Below are positions 24,197 to 33,800 of a stretch of DNA of 58,820 nt, in pieces (within the stretch, counting starts at the first letter, position 1; the number at the start of each line of letters is the position of its first letter). The position numbers were made by a program, and so were the translations under genes. A model generated the notes under the pieces. That model was not told where the DNA came from, did not search any database, and saw nothing but the letters and a program-made list of their open reading frames with translations. The DNA comes from Parcubacteria group bacterium GW2011_GWB1_40_14. Its GTDB lineage: Bacteria > Patescibacteriota > Minisyncoccia > Terrybacterales > GWB1-40-14. The stretch is taken from positions 1-58,820 of the forward strand of contig LBYG01000002.1 in assembly GCA_000996085.1 (NCBI GenBank), written 5' to 3'.

Positions 24197-26098
24197 TCAA
24201 AAGTATTAGGTATCGATCTTGGCACAACCAATTCTGCTATGGCGGTAATGGAAAATGGAGAGCCTAAGATTCTAGAAAATTCTGAAGGCGTAAGAACCAC
24301 TCCTTCTATTGTTTCTATAAATAAATCCGGCGAAAGAGCTGTTGGTGTTTTAGCTAAGCGTCAGGCTGTGACTAACGCTGAAAACACAATTTTTTCAGCT
24401 AAAAGACTCATCGGCAGGAGGTTTTCGGATATTGAAGTTCAAAGAGATAAAGAATGGCTTCCTTATACTATTCGTGAATCATCGAACGGTGGAGTTGAAA
24501 TAAAAATGGGAGATAAGTGGTATGCTCCTCAGGAAATCTCCGCAATGATTTTGTCGAAACTCAAAGCTAACGCTGAAGCAAGATTAGGAACCACAATAAC
24601 CGATGCGGTTATCACTGTACCGGCTTATTTTGATGATGCTCAAAGAAAATCAACTAAGGAAGCGGGAGAAATTGCAGGTTTTAATGTTAGACGGATAATT
24701 AATGAGCCCACAGCCGCTGCTTTGGCATATGGATTAGAAAAGAAAAAGAATGAAAAAATTGTAGTTTATGATTTTGGCGGAGGAACATTTGATGTTTCGG
24801 TCCTTGAAATTTCTGAAAATACCGTTGAAGTTAAAGCCACAGGCGGTGATACGCATTTGGGCGGAGACGATCTTGATAAGAAGATTATTGGCTGGCTGAT
24901 TGATGAATTTAAAAAAGATCAGGGTATAGATCTATCTAAAGACAAATTAGCCTTACAACGACTCAAAGAAGGAGCTGAACGCGCCAAACTTGAACTCTCG
25001 AGTACAAATGAAACCGAAATCAATATACCTTTTATTACTTCGGACGCTCAGGGACCGAAACATCTTTTGCTTAAATTAAGTCGCGCTCAATTTGAAGAAT
25101 TGGTTCATGATTATATAGAGAGATCCGTACAGATAGTAAAAGATGTCGTTGGTGAAGCTAAATTTTCATTATCGGATATTAATGAAGTGGTAATGGTTGG
25201 TGGGCAGACTAGAATGCCGGCCATTCAAGAGGCGGTAGGCAAACTTTTTGGCAAGGAGCCTCATATGGGGATTAATCCTGATGAGGTTGTGGCTATTGGA
25301 GCTGCTGCGCAAGGTGGTATTATGGAAGGAGAGGTACACGATGTTCTTTTACTCGATGTTACACCCTTATCTTTGGGCATTGAAACGTTGGGTAACGTGA
25401 TGACCCCTATTATTGAGAAAAATACAACGATTCCTGTCTCAAAAGCCCAAGTTTTTTCAACTGCAGCCGATAATCAACCCTCTGTAGAGATACATGTTTT
25501 GCAGGGCGAAAGAACATTAGCCAACGACAATAAAACATTGGCCAGATTCATACTGGATGGTCTTCCGCCTTCTCCAAGAGGGGTGCCTCAAGTTGAAGTT
25601 ACATTTGATATTGATGCTAACGGTATTTTGAACGTTACAGCTAAGGATAAAGCTACAGGTAAGGCTCAAACTGTTCGTGTAGAAGCATCAACCGGACTAT
25701 CAAAAGAAGAGGTAGAAAGAATGAAAAAAGATGCAGAAATGCACGCAGATGAAGACCGCAAAAAGAAGGAAACTGTTGAAGCTCGTAATACATCAGACGC
25801 ACTGATATATTCTACAGAACGTGTTTTGCGTGAAAATTCCGAAAAAATTTCTCAGGATATCCGAAAAGATGTCGAAGATAAATTAAAAACCTTGAAAGAG
25901 GTTAAAGATAAAGATGATATAGCTGCAATTCGAAGAGCTATGGAAGATCTATCCCAAGCCGCTCAAAAAATCGGCTCTACGTTGTATAGCAAAGAGCAGA
26001 GCGCGGGACCTCAAGATTCTTCGCAGAGTGATTCAGCTGAGAAGCCTGCCGATGTTGAAGACGGGCAAACCGAAGAGTCAGGAGACAATAAAGCATAA
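24194..26098 (+). CDS. dnaK: Chaperone DnaK (Hsp70)
   Basis: [19 protein letters not shown] and full-length Hsp70. Start at [10 protein letters not shown]. Confidence 0.95.
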   Translation: MSKVLGIDLGTTNSAMAVMENGEPKILENSEGVRTTPSIVSINKSGERAVGVLAKRQAVTNAENTIFSAKRLIGRRFSDIEVQRDKEWLPYTIRESSNGGVEIKMGDKWYAPQEISAMILSKLKANAEARLGTTITDAVITVPAYFDDAQRKSTKEAGEIAGFNVRRIINEPTAAALAYGLEKKKNEKIVVYDFGGGTFDVSVLEISENTVEVKATGGDTHLGGDDLDKKIIGWLIDEFKKDQGIDLSKDKLALQRLKEGAERAKLELSSTNETEINIPFITSDAQGPKHLLLKLSRAQFEELVHDYIERSVQIVKDVVGEAKFSLSDINEVVMVGGQTRMPAIQEAVGKLFGKEPHMGINPDEVVAIGAAAQGGIMEGEVHDVLLLDVTPLSLGIETLGNVMTPIIEKNTTIPVSKAQVFSTAADNQPSVEIHVLQGERTLANDNKTLARFILDGLPPSPRGVPQVEVTFDIDANGILNVTAKDKATGKAQTVRVEASTGLSKEEVERMKKDAEMHADEDRKKKETVEARNTSDALIYSTERVLRENSEKISQDIRKDVEDKLKTLKEVKDKDDIAAIRRAMEDLSQAAQKIGSTLYSKEQSAGPQDSSQSDSAEKPADVEDGQTEESGDNKA

Positions 26099-26104
26099 AT
26101 TATG

Positions 26105-26241
26105 CCAGGTAGTGAAATTCGACCGTTCCGCTAAAAGCGGAACAAAAGTATCTGGCAAACAATACAATAAAATTAATAAATAAAAGTTTAAACACGAAAT
26201 TCGTTAATTAAAAATGTAAAAGTCGAATTTCTACTACCTGG
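26105..26241 (+). repeat. Inverted-arm element, family 1, copy B
   Basis: Arms CCAGGTAGTGAAATTCGAC and GTCGAATTTCTACTACCTGG. Hairpin GTTCCGC-taaaa-GCGGAAC. TATG flanks at 26101-26104 and 26242-26245. Confidence 0.8.
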
Positions 26242-26242
26242 T

Positions 26243-27202
26243 ATGAATAAGATAAAAGCTATTTTTCCTGTTTTTGTTTTAATGGCATTGTTTGTTTTGA
26301 CCATGGTGGGTGTTTGGACCGCGGCAGGACAAATGTTATCGGGCGACGGAGGAAGAACATTGAATTTATTCGGTTTTGAATTGCCGGTCACTTCTTTTGT
26401 ATCCGTATATACTTTAATTGTAGTTTCAGCTGTATTTTATTCTCTTATCGTGTTAGTTGAGGGTAAACTTATTTTTATAGCGATTGGTTCTTTGGCGGCG
26501 CTAATTCTATCTTTGCCGATTCTTTTTGGTCAGGTGTCGATATATATAATAGCTATTATCCCGTGTTTAGGTTTGTGGATATTTTCTGCGTGGCGCATGA
26601 AAGAAATTATTAAGGATTTGCTGCCGTGGAAACCTTCTTGGGCTTTACATGCCGGGCTACCGCTTTATTTTACAGCTTTAAGTATTATTTTTACGGCTGC
26701 GATATTGGCCTCTCCCTCTGCCGAAAAGTTTTTAAGCGAGCCACTACCCAAAGAGGTGGTATTTTTTGGTTTATCTTATATTGAAAAACCCATTGAAAGG
26801 TTTGCGAATCTTAATATAAATCATACGGTTGACCAAGCTATAGAAATTTCAAGTGAAGGCAAAATTAAAGATCCTCGGCTTTTGGCGCAAGCTCGCGCGG
26901 AACTTAGTAAATCTTTGGGAGCGGTTCTTTCAGGTGAAGAGACCGTTAAAGATGTTATTTTTCAGATAGTAAATCGAGAGATCAATAAAGTAAAAGATCA
27001 GGCGGGGGATCTTTTCTTGATTATTTTTGCAGTAAGCTCATTTTTTATGTTTCAACTTTTGGCTTGGCCTGCAAAAATTATTGCCAATATGGCTACACGA
27101 TTTATGCTATTTACATTTGAGGCCGGCGGAGTAATAGTTGTTGAAGACAGGTCTGCGAGAAAATATTTCGCGCATTGGAAATCTTCTCCGCCAATCATAT
27201 AA
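26243..27202 (+). CDS. Polytopic membrane protein of unknown function inserted between dnaK and dnaJ
   Basis: Multiple hydrophobic helices. No recognised family. Confidence 0.6.
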   Translation: MNKIKAIFPVFVLMALFVLTMVGVWTAAGQMLSGDGGRTLNLFGFELPVTSFVSVYTLIVVSAVFYSLIVLVEGKLIFIAIGSLAALILSLPILFGQVSIYIIAIIPCLGLWIFSAWRMKEIIKDLLPWKPSWALHAGLPLYFTALSIIFTAAILASPSAEKFLSEPLPKEVVFFGLSYIEKPIERFANLNINHTVDQAIEISSEGKIKDPRLLAQARAELSKSLGAVLSGEETVKDVIFQIVNREINKVKDQAGDLFLIIFAVSSFFMFQLLAWPAKIIANMATRFMLFTFEAGGVIVVEDRSARKYFAHWKSSPPII

Positions 27203-27223
27203 AAAGATAATTTTGATTTAACT

Positions 27224-28300
27224 ATGGCCAAAGATTATTATAAAATTTTAGGTGTTGCATCCGGCGCCTCATCGGATGAGATTAAGAATGCATATCGTAA
27301 GCTTGCGCACAAATATCATCCCGATAAATCAGGAGGAGATGAGTCTAAGTTTAAGGAAATTAACGAGGCCTATTCTATTCTGAGTGATCCTGAAAAAAAG
27401 AAGCGTTACGATAGTTTCGGTTCAGCTTTTGGTCCGGGTACAGGCGGCGCTGCTTGGGGTCCGGAAGATTTCGGCTATCAAGGAGCCGGCTTTGAAGATT
27501 TGGGAGAAATATTTGAAGAATTTTTTGGATTTGGAAGACCAAAACGTAGAGCCTCACAAGGACGCGGAAAAGATATTATTGTTGATATAGAGCTTTCTTT
27601 AGAAGAAGTTTTTGCCGGACAAAGCAAAGAAGTTGTTATAACTAAGTTTGCAAATTGCGAAAGATGCAGCGGTAAAGGCGCTGAACCCGGGACACCGTTG
27701 TCTACGTGTAAAACTTGCCAGGGCAGGGGCGGATTAGAAAGGATGGAGCAAACATTTTTTGGAACGTTTACACGTTTAACTACGTGCCCAAATTGTCATG
27801 GCAGAGGAGAAATTCCTGAAAAGCCTTGTACCACTTGTCGTGGAGAAGGAAGGATGAAGAGATCCGTAAAAATGGATATTTCTATTCCTCCGGGCGTGGC
27901 AGACGGCGAAACGCTTAAGGTTTCAGGTGCGGGGGAGGCGGGTAAGCAGGGGTCTTCAGCCGGAGATTTGTTTTTGAACATTCACATTAAGCCTCATGTC
28001 GTATTTCAGCGAAAAGGAAATGATTTATGGAATCGTGTCGAAGTTTCTTTTCCACAAGCTGTTATGGGAACAAAATTGGATGTTCCGATGATCGACGGTT
28101 CTATTAAATTAACTGTTCCGGCGGGTACGCCTTCCGGTAAAATTCTTAGAATAAAAGGTAAGGGCATGCCTATCGTGGGCGGACGAGGCAGAACGGTAGT
28201 TTCACGGGGAGATTCGTACGTTACGATCGTTGTTCGAGTGCCGCAAAAAATATCCAAAAAAGGTCAGGAATTACTCGAAGATCTGGAAGAAGAACTATAA
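27224..28300 (+). CDS. dnaJ: Co-chaperone DnaJ
   Basis: J-domain HPD (KYHPDK), G/F region, four CxxCxGxG repeats. Confidence 0.95.
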   Translation: MAKDYYKILGVASGASSDEIKNAYRKLAHKYHPDKSGGDESKFKEINEAYSILSDPEKKKRYDSFGSAFGPGTGGAAWGPEDFGYQGAGFEDLGEIFEEFFGFGRPKRRASQGRGKDIIVDIELSLEEVFAGQSKEVVITKFANCERCSGKGAEPGTPLSTCKTCQGRGGLERMEQTFFGTFTRLTTCPNCHGRGEIPEKPCTTCRGEGRMKRSVKMDISIPPGVADGETLKVSGAGEAGKQGSSAGDLFLNIHIKPHVVFQRKGNDLWNRVEVSFPQAVMGTKLDVPMIDGSIKLTVPAGTPSGKILRIKGKGMPIVGGRGRTVVSRGDSYVTIVVRVPQKISKKGQELLEDLEEEL

Positions 28301-28413
28301 GCGCTGTCACGGCGCATGAAATTGCGTCGTTCGTCCCAAACGAAAGCAAGCCTTCGCTTGCGGGCTCGCCAGCAATTATAAAATAATTTATTTTAAATCC
28401 TTAAGATTAAATC

Positions 28414-28938
28414 TTGGAAAATATTCCGCAATTTTCTTCTAGTTTAACGCTATCCGGATTAAGCTGGGATATCGCGGCTATATTTTTTGTTGCCATTTTA
28501 ATTTTTCTTTTCGGATTAACTTCAGGAAGAGACCGTCTATTAGCTTTGCTGTTGTCTTTGTATGCAGCTTCTACCATTGCAAGTACCAGCCCTCAAGTAC
28601 TCTCTGTTTTTGTGGAATACGGTATACGCGTTTCATCATTTACTAAACTCGAAGTTTTTATAGTTCTATTTTTATTGTTGAGTTTTTTATTGTCGGGAAA
28701 AATATTTTTGAACATTTTTCAGTTTTCTGCCGAGGGTTTGAAAAGTTTGTGGCAGGTTATAGTATTAAGTTTATTAATAGCAGGGCTTTTCATTAGTTTG
28801 TTTTTGCAGTTTTTACCGTATAATACTCTTGCTATTTCTTCTGGAGTCGCTTATATTTTTAGAGACGGTTTAGCCCCATTTTTATGGGCGGCAGTGCCGG
28901 TTTTGTTTCTGATTTTTTTGCGCGTAGAAGGGGAGTGA
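28414..28938 (+). CDS. Small polytopic membrane protein (TTG start, start uncertain)
   Basis: Five hydrophobic segments. No family recognised. Confidence 0.45.
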   Translation: MENIPQFSSSLTLSGLSWDIAAIFFVAILIFLFGLTSGRDRLLALLLSLYAASTIASTSPQVLSVFVEYGIRVSSFTKLEVFIVLFLLLSFLLSGKIFLNIFQFSAEGLKSLWQVIVLSLLIAGLFISLFLQFLPYNTLAISSGVAYIFRDGLAPFLWAAVPVLFLIFLRVEGE

Positions 28939-28940
28939 GT

Positions 28941-29151
28941 GAATATTTTGGTTTTACTTAACGCTACAGCATTAGGCAAAAAGAGGTTTCGTGCCTACGC
29001 GAATTTGCGAAGCAGGCCGCCCTAAGACGACTAATGCTTCGCTGGGCTCAGCAAAGTCGTCTTAAGGTGCGTTTCCTTTTTCGATAAATTCGCTGGCACT
29101 TAGTTCTTTTTTGCGCTAATGCCTTCGCTAAGTCGTAAAACCAAAATATTC
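28941..29151. repeat. 211-nt near-perfect long palindrome
   Basis: Perfect 17-nt termini GAATATTTTGGTTTTAC and GTAAAACCAAAATATTC. Complementarity continues to the centre (CCCTAAGACGAC / GTCGTCTTAAGG). Confidence 0.7.
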
Positions 29152-29239
29152 GCTTATGGAAATAAAGATGTAATCCCGATCATATATCGGGATACCAAAA
29201 TTTTGATTTTTGAATTTTGCATTTTGACTTTATTATAAT

Positions 29240-29312
29240 GCCCCCATAGCTCAATTGGCAGAGCAGCTCCCTTTTAAGGAGAAGGTTGAAGGTTCGATTC
29301 CTTCTGGGGGCA
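29240..29312 (+). tRNA. tRNA-Lys (anticodon UUU)
   Basis: Cloverleaf. Acceptor GCCCCCA/TGGGGGC. D arm GCTC-AATTGGCA-GAGC. Anticodon loop CTTTTAA. T arm GAAGG-TTCGATT-CCTTC. No encoded CCA. Confidence 0.9.
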
Positions 29313-29382
29313 CAAAGCTGTGCAGGGTTCTGGAGACCGCGATTCCCGCCTTGCATGAGCGACCGACATGGTCGCAGCAAAT

Positions 29383-29426
29383 AAAAAAAACAACGCGATG
29401 GAATTTTTCTCTCGCGTTGTTTTTTG
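29383..29426. terminator. Bidirectional terminator A8-AACAACGCGA..TCGCGTTGTT-T6
   Basis: 10-bp stem flanked by A and T runs, just 3' of the recombinase gene. Confidence 0.7.
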
Positions 29427-29438
29427 TTGCTTCCGTGA

Positions 29439-30782
29439 CTACCGGCTTCCTTGCCGTTCAAGCGCGATTATTTTGTCCTTGAGAATCAGCCGGCTTCTCA
29501 GATTCGCGAGCAGTTCGCGTTTTTCGGATATCGTTCCCTCGGTGAGAAGATATATTGCATAGGATTTTGCGTCGAATTCTTCGGGCTCGATATGTTCCTT
29601 GTTTTTCCCGAGCGCTATCCTCCTGAACTTGTTATACCGCGTGATCTCTTCTTTGAACTTATGTCTGACGCCAAGCTCGTCTATGTCCAGCGCGTCAAGA
29701 AGCGTTATGATCTGGACAATGATTTCTTCTTCTCTGATGTAGCTTACCTTGCAATATGGATCTTTGGCCTTGGTGCAGGAGTAATACACATAGCGGTGCG
29801 TGTTCCCATTCTTCTGATGCTTGTATTTCTCTCCAGCCGTTATTCCCGAGCCGCAGAGTCCGCAGGAGATGAGCTTCGTGAACGCGAATTCCTTGTTGTT
29901 TTTACGTATCTCGCTGCGGACTACTTGTGCCTGCACTCGGTCGAACAGCTCTTTAGCGATGATGGGTTCATGCCGTCCAGTGTACCAATTGCCGCTTCCG
30001 TCGGGATATTCAAAGACGCCGTAGTAGAACGGCTTCTTGAGGATCATATAGATATTGCTTAGGGAAAGGGATTTGCCGTACTTCGTTTTGAATTTCATCT
30101 CGTATTTGAGCCATTGGTAGATCTTTCTGCCGGACCAGCTTTCATTTGCCACCTTCTCGAACATTTGTTTGACGATCGGGCCCCGTATCGGGTCCACGAT
30201 CACTTCGCATGGCCTGTCCGTGCGTTTTTCGTTCAGATATCCCGTGGGAGCCACGGATGGCCGCAGCCCTTGCTCGCATCTCGTCCGAAGTCCCCGTTTT
30301 ACGTTTTCGCTCTTGTTGTCGTTTTCGAGTTTCGCTGTTGAGCAGAGAATCATCAGCATGAATTTTTCGCTCGGGTTGTTCGTAAATTTCTGGCTGAAGG
30401 TGCGTATCTCGATTAATAGCTTTTGGTCCATGAGATCGACCAGCGATCCCAAGTCTCCGGCGTTGCGCGAGAGGCGGTCAGGCGCCCACGTCAGGATGCC
30501 GTTGAATTTGGCAGAGCGGATATCAGCAAGGAGGGAGTTGAATATTTCCCGCTGGCCGACCGCTTTTGCCGAGTGGCTTTCTTTTCTGATCTCCGCTATC
30601 TCAAGTCCGTCCCGTTCCGCTATCTTGGTCATTTCATTGATCTGGCTGTCTATCGAGAGGATCTGCTGTTCCTCGCTCTCGGTCGACTTCCGGGCGTAGA
30701 GGCAATATTTAACTTTTGCTGGGAGTTGTTCCTTTGTTTGGGTCCTAGCTCCCTTGGACTCCGTAATGGTTGTGTTGTTCAT
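29439..30782 (-). CDS. Large serine recombinase (resolvase/invertase catalytic domain, recombinase domain, zinc ribbon, coiled coil)
   Basis: Catalytic motif YARKSTESEEQQILSIDSQ. Zinc ribbon CGLCGS..YYSC..C. Start taken at MNNTT (30780-30782); the listed ORF extends to 30896. GC content is visibly higher than in the flanks. Confidence 0.85.
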   Translation of the reverse strand: MNNTTITESKGARTQTKEQLPAKVKYCLYARKSTESEEQQILSIDSQINEMTKIAERDGLEIAEIRKESHSAKAVGQREIFNSLLADIRSAKFNGILTWAPDRLSRNAGDLGSLVDLMDQKLLIEIRTFSQKFTNNPSEKFMLMILCSTAKLENDNKSENVKRGLRTRCEQGLRPSVAPTGYLNEKRTDRPCEVIVDPIRGPIVKQMFEKVANESWSGRKIYQWLKYEMKFKTKYGKSLSLSNIYMILKKPFYYGVFEYPDGSGNWYTGRHEPIIAKELFDRVQAQVVRSEIRKNNKEFAFTKLISCGLCGSGITAGEKYKHQKNGNTHRYVYYSCTKAKDPYCKVSYIREEEIIVQIITLLDALDIDELGVRHKFKEEITRYNKFRRIALGKNKEHIEPEEFDAKSYAIYLLTEGTISEKRELLANLRSRLILKDKIIALERQGSR

Positions 30783-30887
30783 ACAACACATTGGATGACG
30801 CAAAGGCTCAAGTGAGTCCAGACCAATAGTAATCTTTACGGGGTTTGTTAAAACGAGTCGGTTCAGTTTGTGATAGAATGAATTTAT

Positions 30888-33800
30888 ATGGCACATAAAA
30901 TATCAATTTCAAATTTAGTTATTAAATTCGGCGCCATCTTTTTTGGCGTGTTTTTGTTTTTACCGTTCACCCACGCTTCTGCTTTTGAAGACGATATATT
31001 TCATGTACCCGGCAGTGTTTCTGGTATCGATACCCATTTTGAAGTTATCGATAGCGCTTATCTCAACCTTGTTCTTGACAGTTCAGAAGAAATTAAAGTT
31101 AGTTTGGATTCAATACCGCAGATGATTTTACTAAATATTGAACCAACCACTACAGCCACTAGCACAAATATTTCATTTTCGGGTTTAGAACCCAACCACA
31201 CCTATTATAAATACCAAGACGACTATCACAACGAAACCATTATACAAACCACCGCTTCGGGCCAATATTCATACACCCAAGACATTTCTACGCCTCACTT
31301 TATCTTCATCCAGCCAACCACTGGCACAAAATTCATTAGTGATAACGCAACAGGAGGCGATTGCGTCACTATTGGTAATTGGAATTCCGCAACAAAAACT
31401 TGCACGCTTACAGGTAATATTAATCAAACCATTCAAATCGACAGCAATGGCATAACCTTAGATGGCGCGGGTTTCACCAACAGCGGTTCAAACAGTTTTG
31501 GCGTGTATATTTATCAGAAATCCGCAATTACGATACAAAACGTTACTATTTCTGGATTTAGTATCGGAATATTCACTAATGATGCCACTAATATCACGAT
31601 AACAGAAAACCAGATTGTATCAGGCAGCCATGGAATAGTCATACAAGATAGCTATGGCGCTGTTATAACGCACAATGCCACTTCCGGGTTTTGCAGCGGA
31701 ATAACAATTGATACTTCAGGCAGTATTATTACAGACAATAACTTTACCTCTTTTGGGGGATGCGCTGGAATGATAATTCTCGGCTTTAATCACAATATTC
31801 AAAACAATATAAGCATAAGCGAAGGGGTGGGTAATGGCGGCTCTTTCAATATCCGCGGAAATACGACTATCAAGAATAACGTGTTTAAAGCGGGCGATGG
31901 CTATGCTGATATGTTTATTGACGCCGGTACCGATGCCGATTGTCGTAACGCCACAATTGAAAACAACAATGGCACAGACAACGCGCCTCTTGTCTTTGTA
32001 AACAGTTTGTCTTCCATCACCAATCAAACCTTTTCAGAGCTCATACTTTGCGACGCGGACGGCTCTCATATAAGCAATGTACAAATAGAATCTTCAGGAC
32101 ACAGAAACGGCATATTTTTACAACATACAGACAATACCACGATAGAAAATACCATTTCGTCTAATAATCTCCATGGTATATTTGTGAACTACTCGCACAA
32201 TAACCGTTTTATTAACAATACGTTTTCAGATAATCTCGATAATGGCATACGCATGCACAATTCAGAAGGCGCCGCTATTAACGGAAATAGTATTGTCGGA
32301 AACACGAAGAACGGCATTTTTTCGCATTCGTCCTCCAGTTTAAATCTTTTAGTGCCTAATGAAATTTATAACAACACTATTACAAATAACGTCGTAGGTA
32401 TAGACTTAACGTCTACGTCAGCAAATATATACAACAATAATCTTGTAAATAACCACACAGGAATTCTAGCGCAATATCATTTAGGGGTCGGCTCATATAC
32501 CGTATATAACAATAATTTTATTCAGAATGCCGTTCAGGCTGTCGTTTTCGGCGGTTCTGCCACCTTTAACCTTAGCCAGCCTACCGGAGGCAATTATTGG
32601 AGCAATTATGATACTCCTGCTGAAGGCTGCAATGACGCAAACAGCGATAACTTTTGCGACGCGCCTTATATTTTCTCCGGAGATCAGGATAATCTTCCCT
32701 GGATTATACAGGATGGTTGGACACAAACTACACCTACGCTTTCTAATTTAAACCAATACAAGTCAGACGGAATAACAACCATACCAGAAGAAGATATAAC
32801 TATAGAAGATATAATAACCTTCAAAGCAACCCTAAATAGTCCTCAGGACCTAAACCTTAAGCTACAAGTAGAACTGCGCCAAATAACCGAATCCTTTACC
32901 GGAACCTTTGACGGAGGAATAATTGAGTCCCCGTTTGTACCTTCAGGACAAGAAGTAGCCATTACACGCTTTGGCCTAGTAGACGCACAATATCACTGGC
33001 GCGCACGCGCAGTTGACACAAACGGCAATATCTCCGACTGGCAAGAGTTTGAAGTAGGAGGGAATGTTGATTTTGAGATTAAAAAAACAATACCAATAGA
33101 CATAGCTGTTATTTTGACTGAACCATCTAATGTGCCTCACGAATCAAGCGAAATAACAGCACAACCCTGTAAATTAATACCTGAAAAAATATACCCGAAT
33201 GGCCATAACATAGATTACTTCCAGGATCTTGCCTTTTGTGTTGAGGATTATCATAGAGAGAACTCTTTTGGAATTGTGGACCTTAATTTTGAGTTTTTTG
33301 ATAATGGTGGAGAGTGGTTTAAATTAACTACACTGCCATCTTCAGCAAAGCAATTGGTATTAGATACAGTGAGTGTAAGCGGCTTAGACTTAAATCAATT
33401 TGACATTGCGGGTATCATATATGCAGGCGACGAATCACTTTTTGGAGCTTTAACATGGACGCCAATTAATCAACCCTTTCAACCAATTGACGACAACCCT
33501 TTTGTTTTTGTTGCCGCAGAAACAAGGTTCACCGGAACGTGGGCTCATGAATTCGGTCATATAATAGGAGAATTAGTTATACCACCTCCAGATAACACCA
33601 TGCTGCCCGATCTATATGAAATGGGAAATGTGGGCAATTGGGATCTTATGGCAAGTGGTTCCCGAAATGAAAATGGGGGCAACCCGCCGCATATGAGCTC
33701 TTACCTTAAAGAGTTTTTGCAATGGATGCGTTACGACATTCACGCAAAATCAGATTTCGGCGAATTTTGGATAAATTCTCTTGATTCAAGCAAATTGGGC

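Noticed and set aside
29290-29312. A direct repeat of the tRNA-Lys 3' end (GGTTCGATTCCTTCTGGGGGCA) as an att site marking the far end of an island.
   Set aside because: I scanned the candidate boundaries (36475-37008 and 41428-41515) by eye and found no copy. Serine integrases do not require such repeats, so the island hypothesis is left open but unsupported by this criterion.
29255-29482. A 75-aa ORF overlapping tRNA-Lys and its 3' flank.
   Set aside because: It overlaps a well-formed tRNA and terminator hairpins, so it is spurious.
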